Positions 9,142-19,384 of a stretch of DNA of 64,000 bases are shown in pieces. Each line of letters starts with the position of its first letter. Position 1 is the stretch's first letter. The notes below the pieces were generated by a model, which did no database searches, was not told where the DNA came from, and was given only the letters and a program-made list of their open reading frames with translations. Source of the stretch: Patescibacteria group bacterium (GTDB lineage: Bacteria; Patescibacteriota; Minisyncoccia; Moranbacterales; UBA2206); contig JAUPKF010000004.1 of assembly GCA_030837625.1 (NCBI GenBank), positions 1,075-65,074 on the forward strand. Direction: 5' to 3'. A program made the position numbers and the translations under genes.

Positions 9142-9864
9142 CTAATCTATTATTTTAAAACTCTCCATCATTTTTTTAAAAAAATTGTCTCCGTCATTCA
9201 TTTTCAAATTTAATCCCCGAACATAAAATTTAACAATCTTGCCTTTTAAATCAAAGTAAACATCCTCGTCATCAACAATTGAGGGTTCATCAACAGCTAA
9301 AACTTCTTGTCCGTTTATGATCAAAGTTTCCATTTTGTTAAAAGAGCACCCATTTTTACATTCCCTATTTGGACTATTTTCAGAACAATTGATACAACTT
9401 TCATTATTATGTTTCACCCAATCAATCAACGAAAATCTATCTTTGTTTTTATAAACTGAGATCTCAACAAGGTTTAGTTCTGGCACATCATGAATTCCAC
9501 CTCTTTCTTTTCTATATCTAACTGTATCTGAGTGCCTAATATACACAGAATTATTATTTCCAAATTCTGTATCGACAAAATGGCTATCCGGGTATTTTAT
9601 CTCAAACCCGTTTTTTTCATCCCTGTATACTTTCCATTCCGCGGTTCTCCAATCTTCTGAATTTGGTGGAACTGGTCTATTTGAATTGTTTTCAGTTTCG
9701 TTTTGATGGTCGCTTGCTTCACTAGTAGAGCTTTTTTCAATTTCCTCATTTTGTGAGATTTGGTTATCTGCCTTTTTTTCATTTCTTTCCCAAGCCCAAA
9801 AACCGCCAGCAGCAAGAACCGCTGAAACTAAAACAACTGAGCCAAATATCACTTTTCTATTCAT
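9142..9864 (-). CDS. Hypothetical secreted or membrane-anchored protein
   Basis: 240 aa. N-terminal hydrophobic segment VIFGSVVLVSAVLAAGGFWAW, then a polar region with several Cys. Confidence 0.5.
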   Translation of the reverse strand: MNRKVIFGSVVLVSAVLAAGGFWAWERNEKKADNQISQNEEIEKSSTSEASDHQNETENNSNRPVPPNSEDWRTAEWKVYRDEKNGFEIKYPDSHFVDTEFGNNNSVYIRHSDTVRYRKERGGIHDVPELNLVEISVYKNKDRFSLIDWVKHNNESCINCSENSPNRECKNGCSFNKMETLIINGQEVLAVDEPSIVDDEDVYFDLKGKIVKFYVRGLNLKMNDGDNFFKKMMESFKIID

Positions 9865-9968
9865 CGATTTTTGTTTACTTTTATTTCCTTAGAGCTTACA
9901 TCAGCTGCAATCAAAAGTCAATTTGCCCGCATCCAGCGACACCAGCCCCGAAACAATCTTACTCACCC

Positions 9969-10493
9969 CTATTTCCCCTCCGCTTCCCTGCCATACCATT
10001 CCCTCAATTCCCCAAAAACATCTTCCTCGGCTCCCTCCGGCGTATGTTTGAAAATCGCTTTCGCGTTTTTGCGGCAATATTCGAGTTCGGGAAGATTTTT
10101 GGTTTTTGTATAGTGTTTGAAACTGTCGAGCGTATCCGCCGCTTTCACAATCAGCGTGTCTTTCCCGTTTTGCGCCGAACGCCGGACGAGTTCTTCGATC
10201 CGCTCGTCCGGATCTTCAATCGAGCGATCTTTGGAACAAGCTTTCACCATTTTCAGAATATCTTCACCGAATTCGCTTCGGATCGTTTCTTCGCTCATAT
10301 CGCTGAACTCCAAAGCGTCGTGAAGGACTCCGGCTAGCACGATATCTCGGGAGTGGTTTTTTTCGTAAAGATAAACGCCCACGCGAATATCATGGAACAA
10401 AACCGGCTTTCTCGACCCGATTTCAGAAACGGGAAAGTGTTCCGCCAACAGCCTCATCGCTTTTTCAAATTCAATATCAAGTGGTTTTTGCAT
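9969..10493 (-). CDS. HD-domain phosphohydrolase
   Basis: H...HD...D pattern: LFHDIRVG, AGVLHDALE, VKAADTLDS. Confidence 0.6.
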   Translation of the reverse strand: MQKPLDIEFEKAMRLLAEHFPVSEIGSRKPVLFHDIRVGVYLYEKNHSRDIVLAGVLHDALEFSDMSEETIRSEFGEDILKMVKACSKDRSIEDPDERIEELVRRSAQNGKDTLIVKAADTLDSFKHYTKTKNLPELEYCRKNAKAIFKHTPEGAEEDVFGELREWYGREAEGK

Positions 10494-10547
10494 AAGTTTT
10501 TTCCAATCTTTAATTTTTCAACTTCAGTCATAATATTTTTCACAAAA

Positions 10548-11201
10548 TCACATTTCTCCGTTCCATTCCTTGAAAAATCTGTTCAAATATTGCTCCAAAA
10601 ATTTATGCCTGCCTCTTGCCATCTTCTTGCCGGTTTTGGTATTCATCAAGTTTTTAAGTAAGAGCAATTTTTCATAAAAGTGATTGATGCTTGTGCTGTC
10701 AGCGTTTTTGTATTCCTCAAATGATTTGTGTTTCGTAACTTTGATTACAGGGTTATACATTTCTCTCCCCTTGGCTCCGCCATAAGCGAAAACTCTAGCT
10801 ATTCCGATCGCTCCGATAGCGTCCAATCGATCGGCATCCTGAACCACCATACCCTCCAAAGTTTTTATTTCCGACTTTACTCCCGCGCCCTTAAAGGACA
10901 CGCCTTTAACAATATCGCATACATCCTTAATAATTTCTTCGTCCACTCCTTGCTTTTCTAACCAAACCCTCGAGACTTTTGCTCCAATAGTGTCATCCCC
11001 GTTATGAAATTTAAAATCAGCGATATCATGAAGCAATGCTCCAAGCTCCACAATAAACATATCCGCTTTTTCTTTTTTCCCTATATGCACGGCATTTTTC
11101 CAAACACGATAAACATGCCACCAATCATGGCCTGAGCCTTCACCAGCCATTTTTTCTTTCACAAATTTTTCAGTATCCTTAATTATTTGTTTCTTGTTCA
11201 T
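10548..11201 (-). CDS. HD-superfamily metal-dependent phosphohydrolase
   Basis: GHDWWHVYRV, LLHDIAD, QDADRLDAIGAIGIAR are classic HD hydrolase motifs. Confidence 0.75.
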   Translation of the reverse strand: MNKKQIIKDTEKFVKEKMAGEGSGHDWWHVYRVWKNAVHIGKKEKADMFIVELGALLHDIADFKFHNGDDTIGAKVSRVWLEKQGVDEEIIKDVCDIVKGVSFKGAGVKSEIKTLEGMVVQDADRLDAIGAIGIARVFAYGGAKGREMYNPVIKVTKHKSFEEYKNADSTSINHFYEKLLLLKNLMNTKTGKKMARGRHKFLEQYLNRFFKEWNGEM

Positions 11202-11725
11202 AACAATTTTTGGGCGTCTTTAATAATTTTTACGTTATCTGCTGAATTGTAAAACCGTATATTTTTGATATCCTCCAGACTTATCCACTCTGGCATACCG
11301 GCATACTTTTTCTCGTGCTCATCAAAATTTTCAGTCGACAGCTCGCCGCCGATTCTTTCGCATAAATGGTAAATTAAAATAGAATGGACGAATTTATCTT
11401 TGCTAAAGGGCAATTTAAAAAATGAATTCTCGCAAGACGCCACTTTGCCAATTTTTACTTCCAATCCGGTTTCTTCTTTAACTTCTCTTTTCAGGGCATC
11501 TTCTATGGTTTCTCCCAAATCCACGCCTCCACCAGGAAAATCATATCCGTCCCATTGTTTGGATAATAAAATTTTCCCTTTTTCAATAATAATCCCGTAA
11601 ACTGAAGGACGAAAAGTCAACTTGTCCACTGGCACCTTGAATTCTTTTCCGTTTATATCTGTGCAAATTACTTCTTTTTTTGACATATTCCGCATAATAA
11701 TATCATACCAGCTAAACCGCCACAT
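11198..11725 (-). CDS. NUDIX hydrolase
   Basis: Nudix box GGGVDLGETIEDALKREVKEETGL. Overlaps the downstream HD gene by ATGA, consistent with translational coupling. Confidence 0.75.
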   Translation of the reverse strand: MWRFSWYDIIMRNMSKKEVICTDINGKEFKVPVDKLTFRPSVYGIIIEKGKILLSKQWDGYDFPGGGVDLGETIEDALKREVKEETGLEVKIGKVASCENSFFKLPFSKDKFVHSILIYHLCERIGGELSTENFDEHEKKYAGMPEWISLEDIKNIRFYNSADNVKIIKDAQKLL

Positions 11726-11809
11726 TTCAAATCTCGAATAACTGACAAAAAAACCGCCTCCGGGCGGTTTTGGGAAAAAAAACTATTGGATATTCTCGGC
11801 CGGATCGGG

Positions 11810-12016
11810 TTATTGGCCTTCCCGCCGGAAAAAACTTTTGGTGGTGGCCGCGATCCAGCGCCAGTGAAGAAGCAGATGGATAAAAACCAGCGCCGCGAAC
11901 AAATATCCAGTCACTTCGTGAATATCCCGCTGGCGGTTCAAAATCGAAAAGATGTTCACTACCAGCACAACCAACATCAGAAAATCGATGAAATAATTCA
12001 GCTTTTGTTTGTTCAT
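11810..12016 (-). CDS. Small membrane protein (68 aa)
   Basis: Two hydrophobic helices. 15 nt downstream of the acidic protein gene, same strand. The overlapping plus-strand ORF 11786..12034 looks less protein-like. Confidence 0.4.
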   Translation of the reverse strand: MNKQKLNYFIDFLMLVVLVVNIFSILNRQRDIHEVTGYLFAALVFIHLLLHWRWIAATTKSFFRREGQ

Positions 12017-12030
12017 CTTATTGGAAATAT

Positions 12031-12675
12031 TTAGAGAAATAATTGACTCCTATCCACTGCGCCGTCAAGCCCGGAAGAATCAGTTCCTTCATCATCGCTT
12101 GTATCTTCCAACGTTTCTTCGCCGCTCGCGTTTTCAGCCGTTTCTCCGCTGTCCTCGCTATCCTCCGCGCCGGCACCGGCTTCGCAATCTTCCTCTTCAC
12201 TGTCGCATTCTTCCTCATCCTCCGCTTCGTCGTCGCCCAAAGTATTTTCCTCCAAAACATACTCCGCCGGATCGTTGCACACTATCCCTTCCTCTTCATT
12301 GTCTTCCTCGCAAAGCGTTTCCTCGCAATCTTCGCCAGCCTGGCAGGCAAGCGCCGGGCAATTTTCGCCGGCCGGATCACACAGAGGAATCGCGTAGGCT
12401 TTCTTTTTAATTAATTTGTAGTAACTAATTCTCTCCGCCTCATCCTCCGGGCAATCTTCCCCGTCCTCTTCCGGGTCGCATTCATAAATGAAACATCGCT
12501 CCGCGCTCGGATCGCATTCAGCTTCCGCTTGGATATAGTAATCTTTTAATATGAAATATTTGATGAAAGTCGCCGCCACCGTCAGCGCGATCAGCCCGAA
12601 AAACACCGCGAAAAATATTCTGGATTTTTTGTCTATCTCGCCGGAAATTTTTTCGTTGTTTTTTGCGGTTTCCAT
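12031..12675 (-). CDS. Membrane-anchored, extremely acidic, Cys-rich protein
   Basis: 214 aa. N-terminal TM FFAVFFGLIALTVAATFIKYFIL, then a D/E-rich region with about 16 Cys in CxxxC/CDP/CPED patterns. Confidence 0.6.
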   Translation of the reverse strand: METAKNNEKISGEIDKKSRIFFAVFFGLIALTVAATFIKYFILKDYYIQAEAECDPSAERCFIYECDPEEDGEDCPEDEAERISYYKLIKKKAYAIPLCDPAGENCPALACQAGEDCEETLCEEDNEEEGIVCNDPAEYVLEENTLGDDEAEDEEECDSEEEDCEAGAGAEDSEDSGETAENASGEETLEDTSDDEGTDSSGLDGAVDRSQLFL

Positions 12676-12763
12676 AACCCGTTTGCTTTTATTTTTTTAT
12701 TTTCAGGACTTTTTCCTTACGCCCCAATTATGCCAGAAAAACAAAAACGAAGCAACCCGTCGC

Positions 12764-13198
12764 TTAATCTTCCACCAGATCTTCCGCCGGAAATCTGGTT
12801 CCCCGCTGGATGAAGTTTGTTTCCACGTCGGAAAGCTCGAAAGCTTCCGTGAAGTATTTAATAATATAATCCTTGTTCATTTCGTCGCCGCAGGTATAAA
12901 CGTCGATGCTGACAAATTTTCGGTAAGGAAAAGTGTGGCAGCTTATATGGGACTCGGCAATCATCACGAAGCCGGAATATCCGCCAGAATCTTTGGGGTT
13001 GGCCGCTTCCGCCTTCAAGACTTCCGGACCAAAAATTTTGTGCATTCCGATTTGGTCCGGCAGTTCGAAAAGGCACTTGCGCACCAATTCGCCGTCATTA
13101 AGTTTTTCCGGGTTTCCGCCGTAACCGTCCAATGTTAAGTGCAAGCCGAAGTTGATAGTGTTCATTTCTTCGGCCAAAGGCACGCCTTTTTCGCGCAT
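12764..13198 (-). CDS. speH: S-adenosylmethionine decarboxylase proenzyme (pyruvoyl-dependent, SpeH type)
   Basis: 144 aa with FVMIAESHISCHTFP, matching the AdoMetDC self-cleavage/active-site region (ESH). Confidence 0.8.
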   Translation of the reverse strand: MREKGVPLAEEMNTINFGLHLTLDGYGGNPEKLNDGELVRKCLFELPDQIGMHKIFGPEVLKAEAANPKDSGGYSGFVMIAESHISCHTFPYRKFVSIDVYTCGDEMNKDYIIKYFTEAFELSDVETNFIQRGTRFPAEDLVED

Positions 13199-13549
13199 CT
13201 CTTTTTTCGCTTTCTGTCCCGCCGCGCTTTTTTGGAGAAAAAACGATTCGGGATTTTGTGGGAAATTAACAATTATACGTTTTTTGCTCCCCCGCTAAGG
13301 CGGGGTCGCAAACCGGCGCTACGAATGCCGGACATACGAATACTTAGAAAATCAAAAACCACACCCAACGGAATGTGGCCTATATTCACTAAAAACTTTA
13401 CTGCTAATTTTTCAGAAACTTTGTTAACACTATCCTTTTTCAACGCCTTAACTCTATCTGGCAGAGGTTAGAAAAAGACTAAACACCTCCGCTGATCGGA
13501 AAAATCGATTTCCAATATAATATACACTATCCGCGAAAAAACGCAAGGG

Positions 13550-15052
13550 TCAGTAAGCCTTGGCAAAGATTACTCTTTTCTTGGAAGCGCCTCCGCACAA
13601 GACGCATTTTCCCTCCTCTCCCGGCTGGTCAAAAGGAACACAACGAATCGTCGCCTTGGTACGTTTTTTTATTTCCGCTTCGCATTCCGCCTTGCCGCAC
13701 CAATGCGCCAATAAAAACCCGCCCCGCCCGGTTTTCGCATCCTCCGCCTCTCCTCTTTTCGCTTCCGGAATATGGCTGACAAATTCTTCCCAGGAATTGA
13801 CTGCGTGAGTATTTTCTTTTCTGAATTCCAAAGCTTTTTCAAAAAGATTTTTTTGAATCGCTTCCAATAGCTCCGGAATTCTTTTTTCCGCGTCCGCCAT
13901 AGCGACAGTTTCCTTTTCTCCCGTATCTCGCCTTACCGCGATTATTGAATTCGCTTCCAAATCTTTCGGCCCGATTTCAATCCGCACCGGCACGCCTTTT
14001 TTCTCCCATTCAAAAAACTTCGCTCCGGGACGCGCATCCCGCTTATCCATCTCAACACTCAGCCCGATTTTTTTCAATTCTTCCGCTATTTTATCCGCCG
14101 CTTCAAAAATATTGTTCCTCTCTTCTTCCTTCTCTCCCCAAATAGGCACGATTACTGTCTGAATAGGGGCGATTTTTGGAGGAAGCACCAAGCCTTTGTC
14201 GTCGCTGTGCGCCATAATGAGCGCGCCGATTATCCGGGTGCTTAGCCCCCAACTGGTCTGCCAAGCGTATTGTGATTCCCCTTTCTCATCCAAAAATTTC
14301 ACTTCAAAACTTTTGGCGAAATTTTGCCCCAGCATATGCGAAGTGCCCGCTTGCAAAGCCTTGGTATCTTGCATCATCGCCTCGATACAAGTGGTATAAT
14401 CCGCCCCAGCGAATTTTTCCGATTCGGTCTTGTAACCAACAGCCACCGGAACCGCCAAATATTCTTCCGTGAATTTACGGTATATCTCCAGCATGGCCAA
14501 AGTTTCTTCATCCGCTTCCTTTTTGGTCGCGTGAACGGTATGCCCTTCCTGCCAAAGAAATTCCATCGTTCTTAAGAATGGACGAGTTCGCAATTCCCAA
14601 CGGACCACGTTGCACCATTGATTGATAAGCAAAGGCAAGTCCCGATAAGATTGAATCCATCTGGAAAAAGTGTCGTACATAATCGTTTCCGAAGTTGGCC
14701 GGACAATCAGCGGCTCTTCCAAGGGAGCGTCGGGAATCAATTTCCCGTTTTCTCCCAGCTTCAGCCGATGATGCGTGACAATCGCCACTTCTTTGGCAAA
14801 ACCCTCGGCGTGTTTGGCTTCTTTTTCCAAAAAACTTTTCGGAATGAAAAGCGGAAAGTAAGCGTTCTTCACTCCGGTTTCCTTGAACATCCTGTCCAGT
14901 TCTTTTTGGATATTTTCCCAAATGGCGTACCCATGAGGCCGGATAATCATACAGCCTCTCACCGGCGAACTGTCCGCCAACTGCGCCGCCTCAATCACAT
15001 CCAAATACCACTGCGAATAATTTTCTTCCCTGGAAGTTATTTTTTTAGCCAT
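13550..15052 (-). CDS. proS: Prolyl-tRNA synthetase (archaeal/eukaryotic-type class II)
   Basis: 500 aa. N-terminus [13 protein letters not shown]...[15 protein letters not shown] and a C-terminal Zn-binding Cys cluster CVLCGG are typical of this ProRS subtype. Confidence 0.9.
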   Translation of the reverse strand: MAKKITSREENYSQWYLDVIEAAQLADSSPVRGCMIIRPHGYAIWENIQKELDRMFKETGVKNAYFPLFIPKSFLEKEAKHAEGFAKEVAIVTHHRLKLGENGKLIPDAPLEEPLIVRPTSETIMYDTFSRWIQSYRDLPLLINQWCNVVRWELRTRPFLRTMEFLWQEGHTVHATKKEADEETLAMLEIYRKFTEEYLAVPVAVGYKTESEKFAGADYTTCIEAMMQDTKALQAGTSHMLGQNFAKSFEVKFLDEKGESQYAWQTSWGLSTRIIGALIMAHSDDKGLVLPPKIAPIQTVIVPIWGEKEEERNNIFEAADKIAEELKKIGLSVEMDKRDARPGAKFFEWEKKGVPVRIEIGPKDLEANSIIAVRRDTGEKETVAMADAEKRIPELLEAIQKNLFEKALEFRKENTHAVNSWEEFVSHIPEAKRGEAEDAKTGRGGFLLAHWCGKAECEAEIKKRTKATIRCVPFDQPGEEGKCVLCGGASKKRVIFAKAY

Positions 15053-15228
15053 AAATCCGTAATCTTACCAAATTATTATTTTCTTTATTATACTATAGTT
15101 TCCTTTTCTTCCAAATACCTCTCTTTTCCCCCTCTTTATGGTTTGGATTTTTTAATTTTTAGCGAATTCCTGTTTGAAAATCCCCTCTTTACCCTTCCTT
15201 CCCTTCTCTTTAAGCTTGGATTTTATTT

Positions 15229-15340
15229 TTCAAAGAAACTCTTGTTTGAGAACCTGAATTTTATCCAAAATTTTCGTGCCCAGCCGTCGACCACGAAAAT
15301 TTTGGCGATAAAATTCAGGTTCGAGTTAGTTTCTTTGAAA
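15229..15340. repeat. 112-bp near-perfect inverted repeat (long hairpin) between the ABC exporter stop and the proS start
   Basis: Arms aacctgaattttatccaaaattttcgtg and cacgaaaattttggcgataaaattcaggtt, plus outer ttcaaagaaact/agtttctttgaa. Loop cccagccgtcgacc. Confidence 0.7.
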
Positions 15341-15354
15341 AATAAAACCAAGCT

Positions 15355-17154
15355 CTACTCCACCTCTCCCATCTCCTGCAATTTTATCAGCTTTTGATAT
15401 AGTCCGCCTTTGACCCGCGCCAGTTCGAAATGACTGCCTTCTTCCGCCACTTGGCCTTTTTCCAAAACGATAATTTTATCGGCTTTTTTTATCGTGCTCA
15501 GGCGATGAGCAATGATGATAACCGTGCGGTTTTTGGAAATTTTGTCCATCGCGTCCTGGATAAGCTTTTCGGAATATGAATCCAGACTGGACGTGGCTTC
15601 GTCAAAAATCAAAATCCGGGGGTTGGCCAAAATCGACCGGGCGATTCCCAGCCGTTGTCTTTGCCCGCCGGAAAGCTTGATTCCCCTCTCGCCCACCAGC
15701 GTGTCATAGCCGTCTTTCAATTGGCTGATGAATTCTTCAGCGTTGGCGATGCGCGCCGCCGCCTTGATTTCCGCCAGACTCGCCCCGGGCTTGGCGTAAG
15801 CGATGTTTTCCCGGACGCTAGTGTTGAAAACTTCTACTTCCTGCGGAACGATAGCAATGAAGCGCCGGAAAGAATACAGGTCATATTCTTTGAGATTTTT
15901 TCCGTCCAAAAATATCTCTCCCTTATTCGGATCATAATGCCGGTACACCATCCGGGCCACCGTTGTTTTTCCTCCGCCCGAAGGACCGACCAGCGCCGTC
16001 ACGCATCCGGAATTGATGCGAAAATTGACGCCGTCCAGCGCCTTCACCCGGCTTTCGTTGTAAACAAAATCAACGTTTCGAAACTCAATTTCCCCTTCCA
16101 AAGATTTCGGCTTTATGCCACTGGCGGAATTCTTTATGTCCGATTTCTCCTGCGACAGCTCATACATCTTTTCCACCGCCTCACCTGATTCCATTATCTT
16201 GTCATAAAGCCGGGAAATGCGATAAAGAGAAATTAACGCTTTTTCGGAAATAGTGAATACAAAAACCAGCGTTCCAATGGTCATAGATCCTTTCCAAACT
16301 AAAAATATTCCAAAAAGAAGAATAAAGACGCGGCCGGAATCTATGATAAAGTTTCTTTTTAAATCATACTCGAAAATCCTCCGGAATTCGCGGATAGTGT
16401 CTTCCTTTATGCTTCGAGTAATCTTTTCCAAACCCTTCGTTTCCGCCTTCTCCTGAGTAAACGATTTTACCGTGTTGATGTTTATTATCGACTGCGCCAT
16501 TATTCCCGTAGCCTTGTCTTGATTATCAAACCGTTTTTTTCTGAAAGGATATATCAGTTTGTTTATCCGGAAAGTAAGCGCCACAAAAATAGGCACGAAA
16601 ACGCAGATAATCGCCGCAAAGCGGAAATCGATCCAAAACAGGACTATGCCGGTAAAAATTATCTGAAAAACAGTCGGCACCACCTCCCAAAAAAAGTTCC
16701 CCAGCAGATCTTCCACTTTGAATATTCCCCTTTGCACTTTGGAAATTTTGCTGCCGGTATTTTCTCTTTCGTGATAACTCAAACCGAGAGACATCATCTT
16801 CCCGTGAGAGCTGTTAAAAAGATATTCTTCCACTTCCGCAAGAATCCTAAGAATCCTTTTATTGCCAAGATACCCTAAAAAAGAAAAGGACTGATTGGCT
16901 AAAAACATCAAAGCTATGAGTTGCAACAATTTTCCCAGGTCCTCAATCTTGAAGCTGGTTAGGGTATCGATCATCAACTTCAAAATATACGGCCCGATCA
17001 AGCGGACCATTTGCTCAAACACGATTAACCCCACCAGAAATTTGATCTGTTTGTGCTGGATTGAAATCAAATCCCAAAGTCTCCTCCAAAATCTCCCCGT
17101 ATCAAATCCTTTTTCAATATTCTCTTTTCCCTCCAAGTCTTTTTTCATAAACAC
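15355..17154 (-). CDS. ABC exporter, fused permease/ATPase (MsbA-like)
   Basis: 599 aa. Six-TM N-terminal half, then Walker A GPSGGGKTT, signature LSGGQRQRLGIAR, Walker B ILIFDEATSSLD. Confidence 0.9.
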   Translation of the reverse strand: MFMKKDLEGKENIEKGFDTGRFWRRLWDLISIQHKQIKFLVGLIVFEQMVRLIGPYILKLMIDTLTSFKIEDLGKLLQLIALMFLANQSFSFLGYLGNKRILRILAEVEEYLFNSSHGKMMSLGLSYHERENTGSKISKVQRGIFKVEDLLGNFFWEVVPTVFQIIFTGIVLFWIDFRFAAIICVFVPIFVALTFRINKLIYPFRKKRFDNQDKATGIMAQSIININTVKSFTQEKAETKGLEKITRSIKEDTIREFRRIFEYDLKRNFIIDSGRVFILLFGIFLVWKGSMTIGTLVFVFTISEKALISLYRISRLYDKIMESGEAVEKMYELSQEKSDIKNSASGIKPKSLEGEIEFRNVDFVYNESRVKALDGVNFRINSGCVTALVGPSGGGKTTVARMVYRHYDPNKGEIFLDGKNLKEYDLYSFRRFIAIVPQEVEVFNTSVRENIAYAKPGASLAEIKAAARIANAEEFISQLKDGYDTLVGERGIKLSGGQRQRLGIARSILANPRILIFDEATSSLDSYSEKLIQDAMDKISKNRTVIIIAHRLSTIKKADKIIVLEKGQVAEEGSHFELARVKGGLYQKLIKLQEMGEVE

Positions 17155-17372
17155 ATTCTTAACACAAAAACAAAAGGGCTTTCCCTTTTCCGGTTATGCT
17201 TTTTCTATCATGCACCCGCCCGCCGCATTTACCTTTGATATTAGACATAATACCCTATCGACAGATAATCTGCAATCGGAAAGCAACCGCTTTGTGTATC
17301 GTTAGAAAATGCCGCGAGCGTACCGCAATATCTCCGTAAAAAAAATAAGCAAGCCGACTTTTAACCAGCAGG

Positions 17373-19280
17373 CTAACTGGCCGTCAGACCGGTTGGCGCG
17401 GCTGGCGTAGCAAGATCCAAACCTGACGCGTATGTTTCAGAATGGGCATTATTCGAAAAAACTTTGAAATAGCCCGGATTCAAGGCGTCTTTAGCATACA
17501 CAATGAGCGGGCGGCTTGATTGAGACGCCTTGGGCACAGAAAACGATCTCGTCGAGATTGGCAAAACGTTCTTGGTGTTGTCGTAAGAAATATTCCAATA
17601 AAGAGCGTGATAATTGTCCGGATTAACAGTATAGTCATAAAGCCTTTTTGACGAAATATTATAATCATGTGGAGCAACCAGATTAAAACGCCGATCATCA
17701 ACGCTCCCGCTTAAATAACCTTCATAATACATAAAGTTGGCGTCGTCATGCCTTGACCTCAATCCCATAGCCATTTCTTCCAAAGGACTCAACTCCGGAT
17801 CGCGATTTCCGAAATTCTGTTTTTTGACGAAAGACCGGGCCAAAGAGAGAATAGAATACGCTTCGTAATATCCATCTGTTCCAGTAGGGGAATCCGCGGC
17901 GCCATAAGGATCACAATCCATAAGGCTGGTTTCTTCGTCGCAAGAAGACTGGATCCCTGAAAATCCAGCCGGGTGACTGAGCCAAAAATATTTATCGTCT
18001 CCAGGAGGAAAATTGACATTATTCGGCAGCATAGCAAAGCAATGTGCCAATTCGTGTTGCATAACATTGCTGATTATTTCATAGGGACTGCTGTATCCAG
18101 TCATACTGGTGTCATTAAACAAACCGAAATGCACTTCTGCCAAAACCCTTTTTTCAGCCGATCCAACCGGACTGGCAAATGTCCGATTAAAATATGGTTC
18201 AGGGTAAAGAAAGACATAAATCGCCGGAAAATTCAAACTGCCTGAGTTGTCAGTCTCGAATTGGTCTATGGTCTTAGTGACATAATTGAACCAATCATTT
18301 TCGTTTCTAGAATACGCGCTAACCGTAAAAGGAGCCAAGAAATTTAATTTCAGCGGCAGCCTGTTTTCGGTCAATCGATCCCAATCATTGGCAAAGTTAG
18401 CAGCCAGATAATTGTACCTCTCCTGCTCCATAGCGGAAAGCACGGGATTGTCTCCATTGGCAAAGGGCAAAAGAAAGTAAATATTAGGTTTTTCTCCCCA
18501 AGCGTAGGCTACTTCAGAAAGCTCGTCTGAATCAGAGATACTAACTGAGTAAGCGGTGGGATTTTCAGCGACTGCAACAGCGGGAAAATTTTGGCTGACT
18601 GGAATATTATAGCTGACTGTAATCGTATCCTCTCCTTCATTGCCAGCGCCATCCACAGCTTTCACGGTAATTACATTTTCTCCCGGCTCCAAATTGACAA
18701 AGTTAATCATCCAATTGTCAGTGCCGGAAGCTGTTCCGGATCCACCCACAAAACTGTCATTGCGGTTGTTAAACCACTCCACTCTTGAAACGGTCGTGTT
18801 GTCAAAAGCCGTTCCTTCCAGAGCGATAGGCGAAACAGAAGAAGCAAAAGAAGGCAGATTCGTTGGCGATGTAATCGTGACGGAAGGCAACTGAGTATCA
18901 GCTCCCCCGCAACCATTGTCATTACAAGCAGACAAATCTTGCCCTCCATAGGTGCACAAGGCACACGGATTTTGGTCTACGCAAAGACAGACTTGTCCAG
19001 GACCACAAGATCCTTGCTGCTGTGTGTCATGGCAATGGTTCCGACAAACGTATCCGGGTAACCAACCGATATAATTGCATCTTGGGAAATCCGAACAATC
19101 CGCCATCACGGAAGTACTGCACAAAGCCGAATTGGAAATGCCAACGCACAAACCGCCTGGCGCGCTGGCAGAGCAAGTCGCCGTTTGAGCGCTGGCAACT
19201 GAAGAAAATGCCCAGACAATAAATAGACCGGAAAAAGAAAAAACCATTCCGGATTTTATCCCGCTTGGAAAAAGACGCAT
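17373..19280 (-). CDS. Secreted multidomain protein with HExxH zinc-metallopeptidase motif and Ig-like domain
   Basis: Signal peptide, then a Cys-rich N-terminal module, a bacterial Ig-like segment (VITVKAVDGAGNEGEDTITVSY) and VMQHELAHCF (HExxH). Confidence 0.6.
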   Translation of the reverse strand: MRLFPSGIKSGMVFSFSGLFIVWAFSSVASAQTATCSASAPGGLCVGISNSALCSTSVMADCSDFPRCNYIGWLPGYVCRNHCHDTQQQGSCGPGQVCLCVDQNPCALCTYGGQDLSACNDNGCGGADTQLPSVTITSPTNLPSFASSVSPIALEGTAFDNTTVSRVEWFNNRNDSFVGGSGTASGTDNWMINFVNLEPGENVITVKAVDGAGNEGEDTITVSYNIPVSQNFPAVAVAENPTAYSVSISDSDELSEVAYAWGEKPNIYFLLPFANGDNPVLSAMEQERYNYLAANFANDWDRLTENRLPLKLNFLAPFTVSAYSRNENDWFNYVTKTIDQFETDNSGSLNFPAIYVFLYPEPYFNRTFASPVGSAEKRVLAEVHFGLFNDTSMTGYSSPYEIISNVMQHELAHCFAMLPNNVNFPPGDDKYFWLSHPAGFSGIQSSCDEETSLMDCDPYGAADSPTGTDGYYEAYSILSLARSFVKKQNFGNRDPELSPLEEMAMGLRSRHDDANFMYYEGYLSGSVDDRRFNLVAPHDYNISSKRLYDYTVNPDNYHALYWNISYDNTKNVLPISTRSFSVPKASQSSRPLIVYAKDALNPGYFKVFSNNAHSETYASGLDLATPAAPTGLTAS

Positions 19281-19384
19281 AATTTTATATCAGGTACCGC
19301 TCGACCAATTCCAGCACTGTCGTCATATTTCGTTGGTCCATGTTCCTATGTTATTGAATGAAACTGACTTTGGTTTTTTATTCC

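Noticed and set aside
12009-12410. Arg/Pro-rich 133-aa plus-strand ORF
   Set aside because: Mirror image of the D/E-rich acidic protein on the opposite strand, which has a TM anchor and plausible start context.
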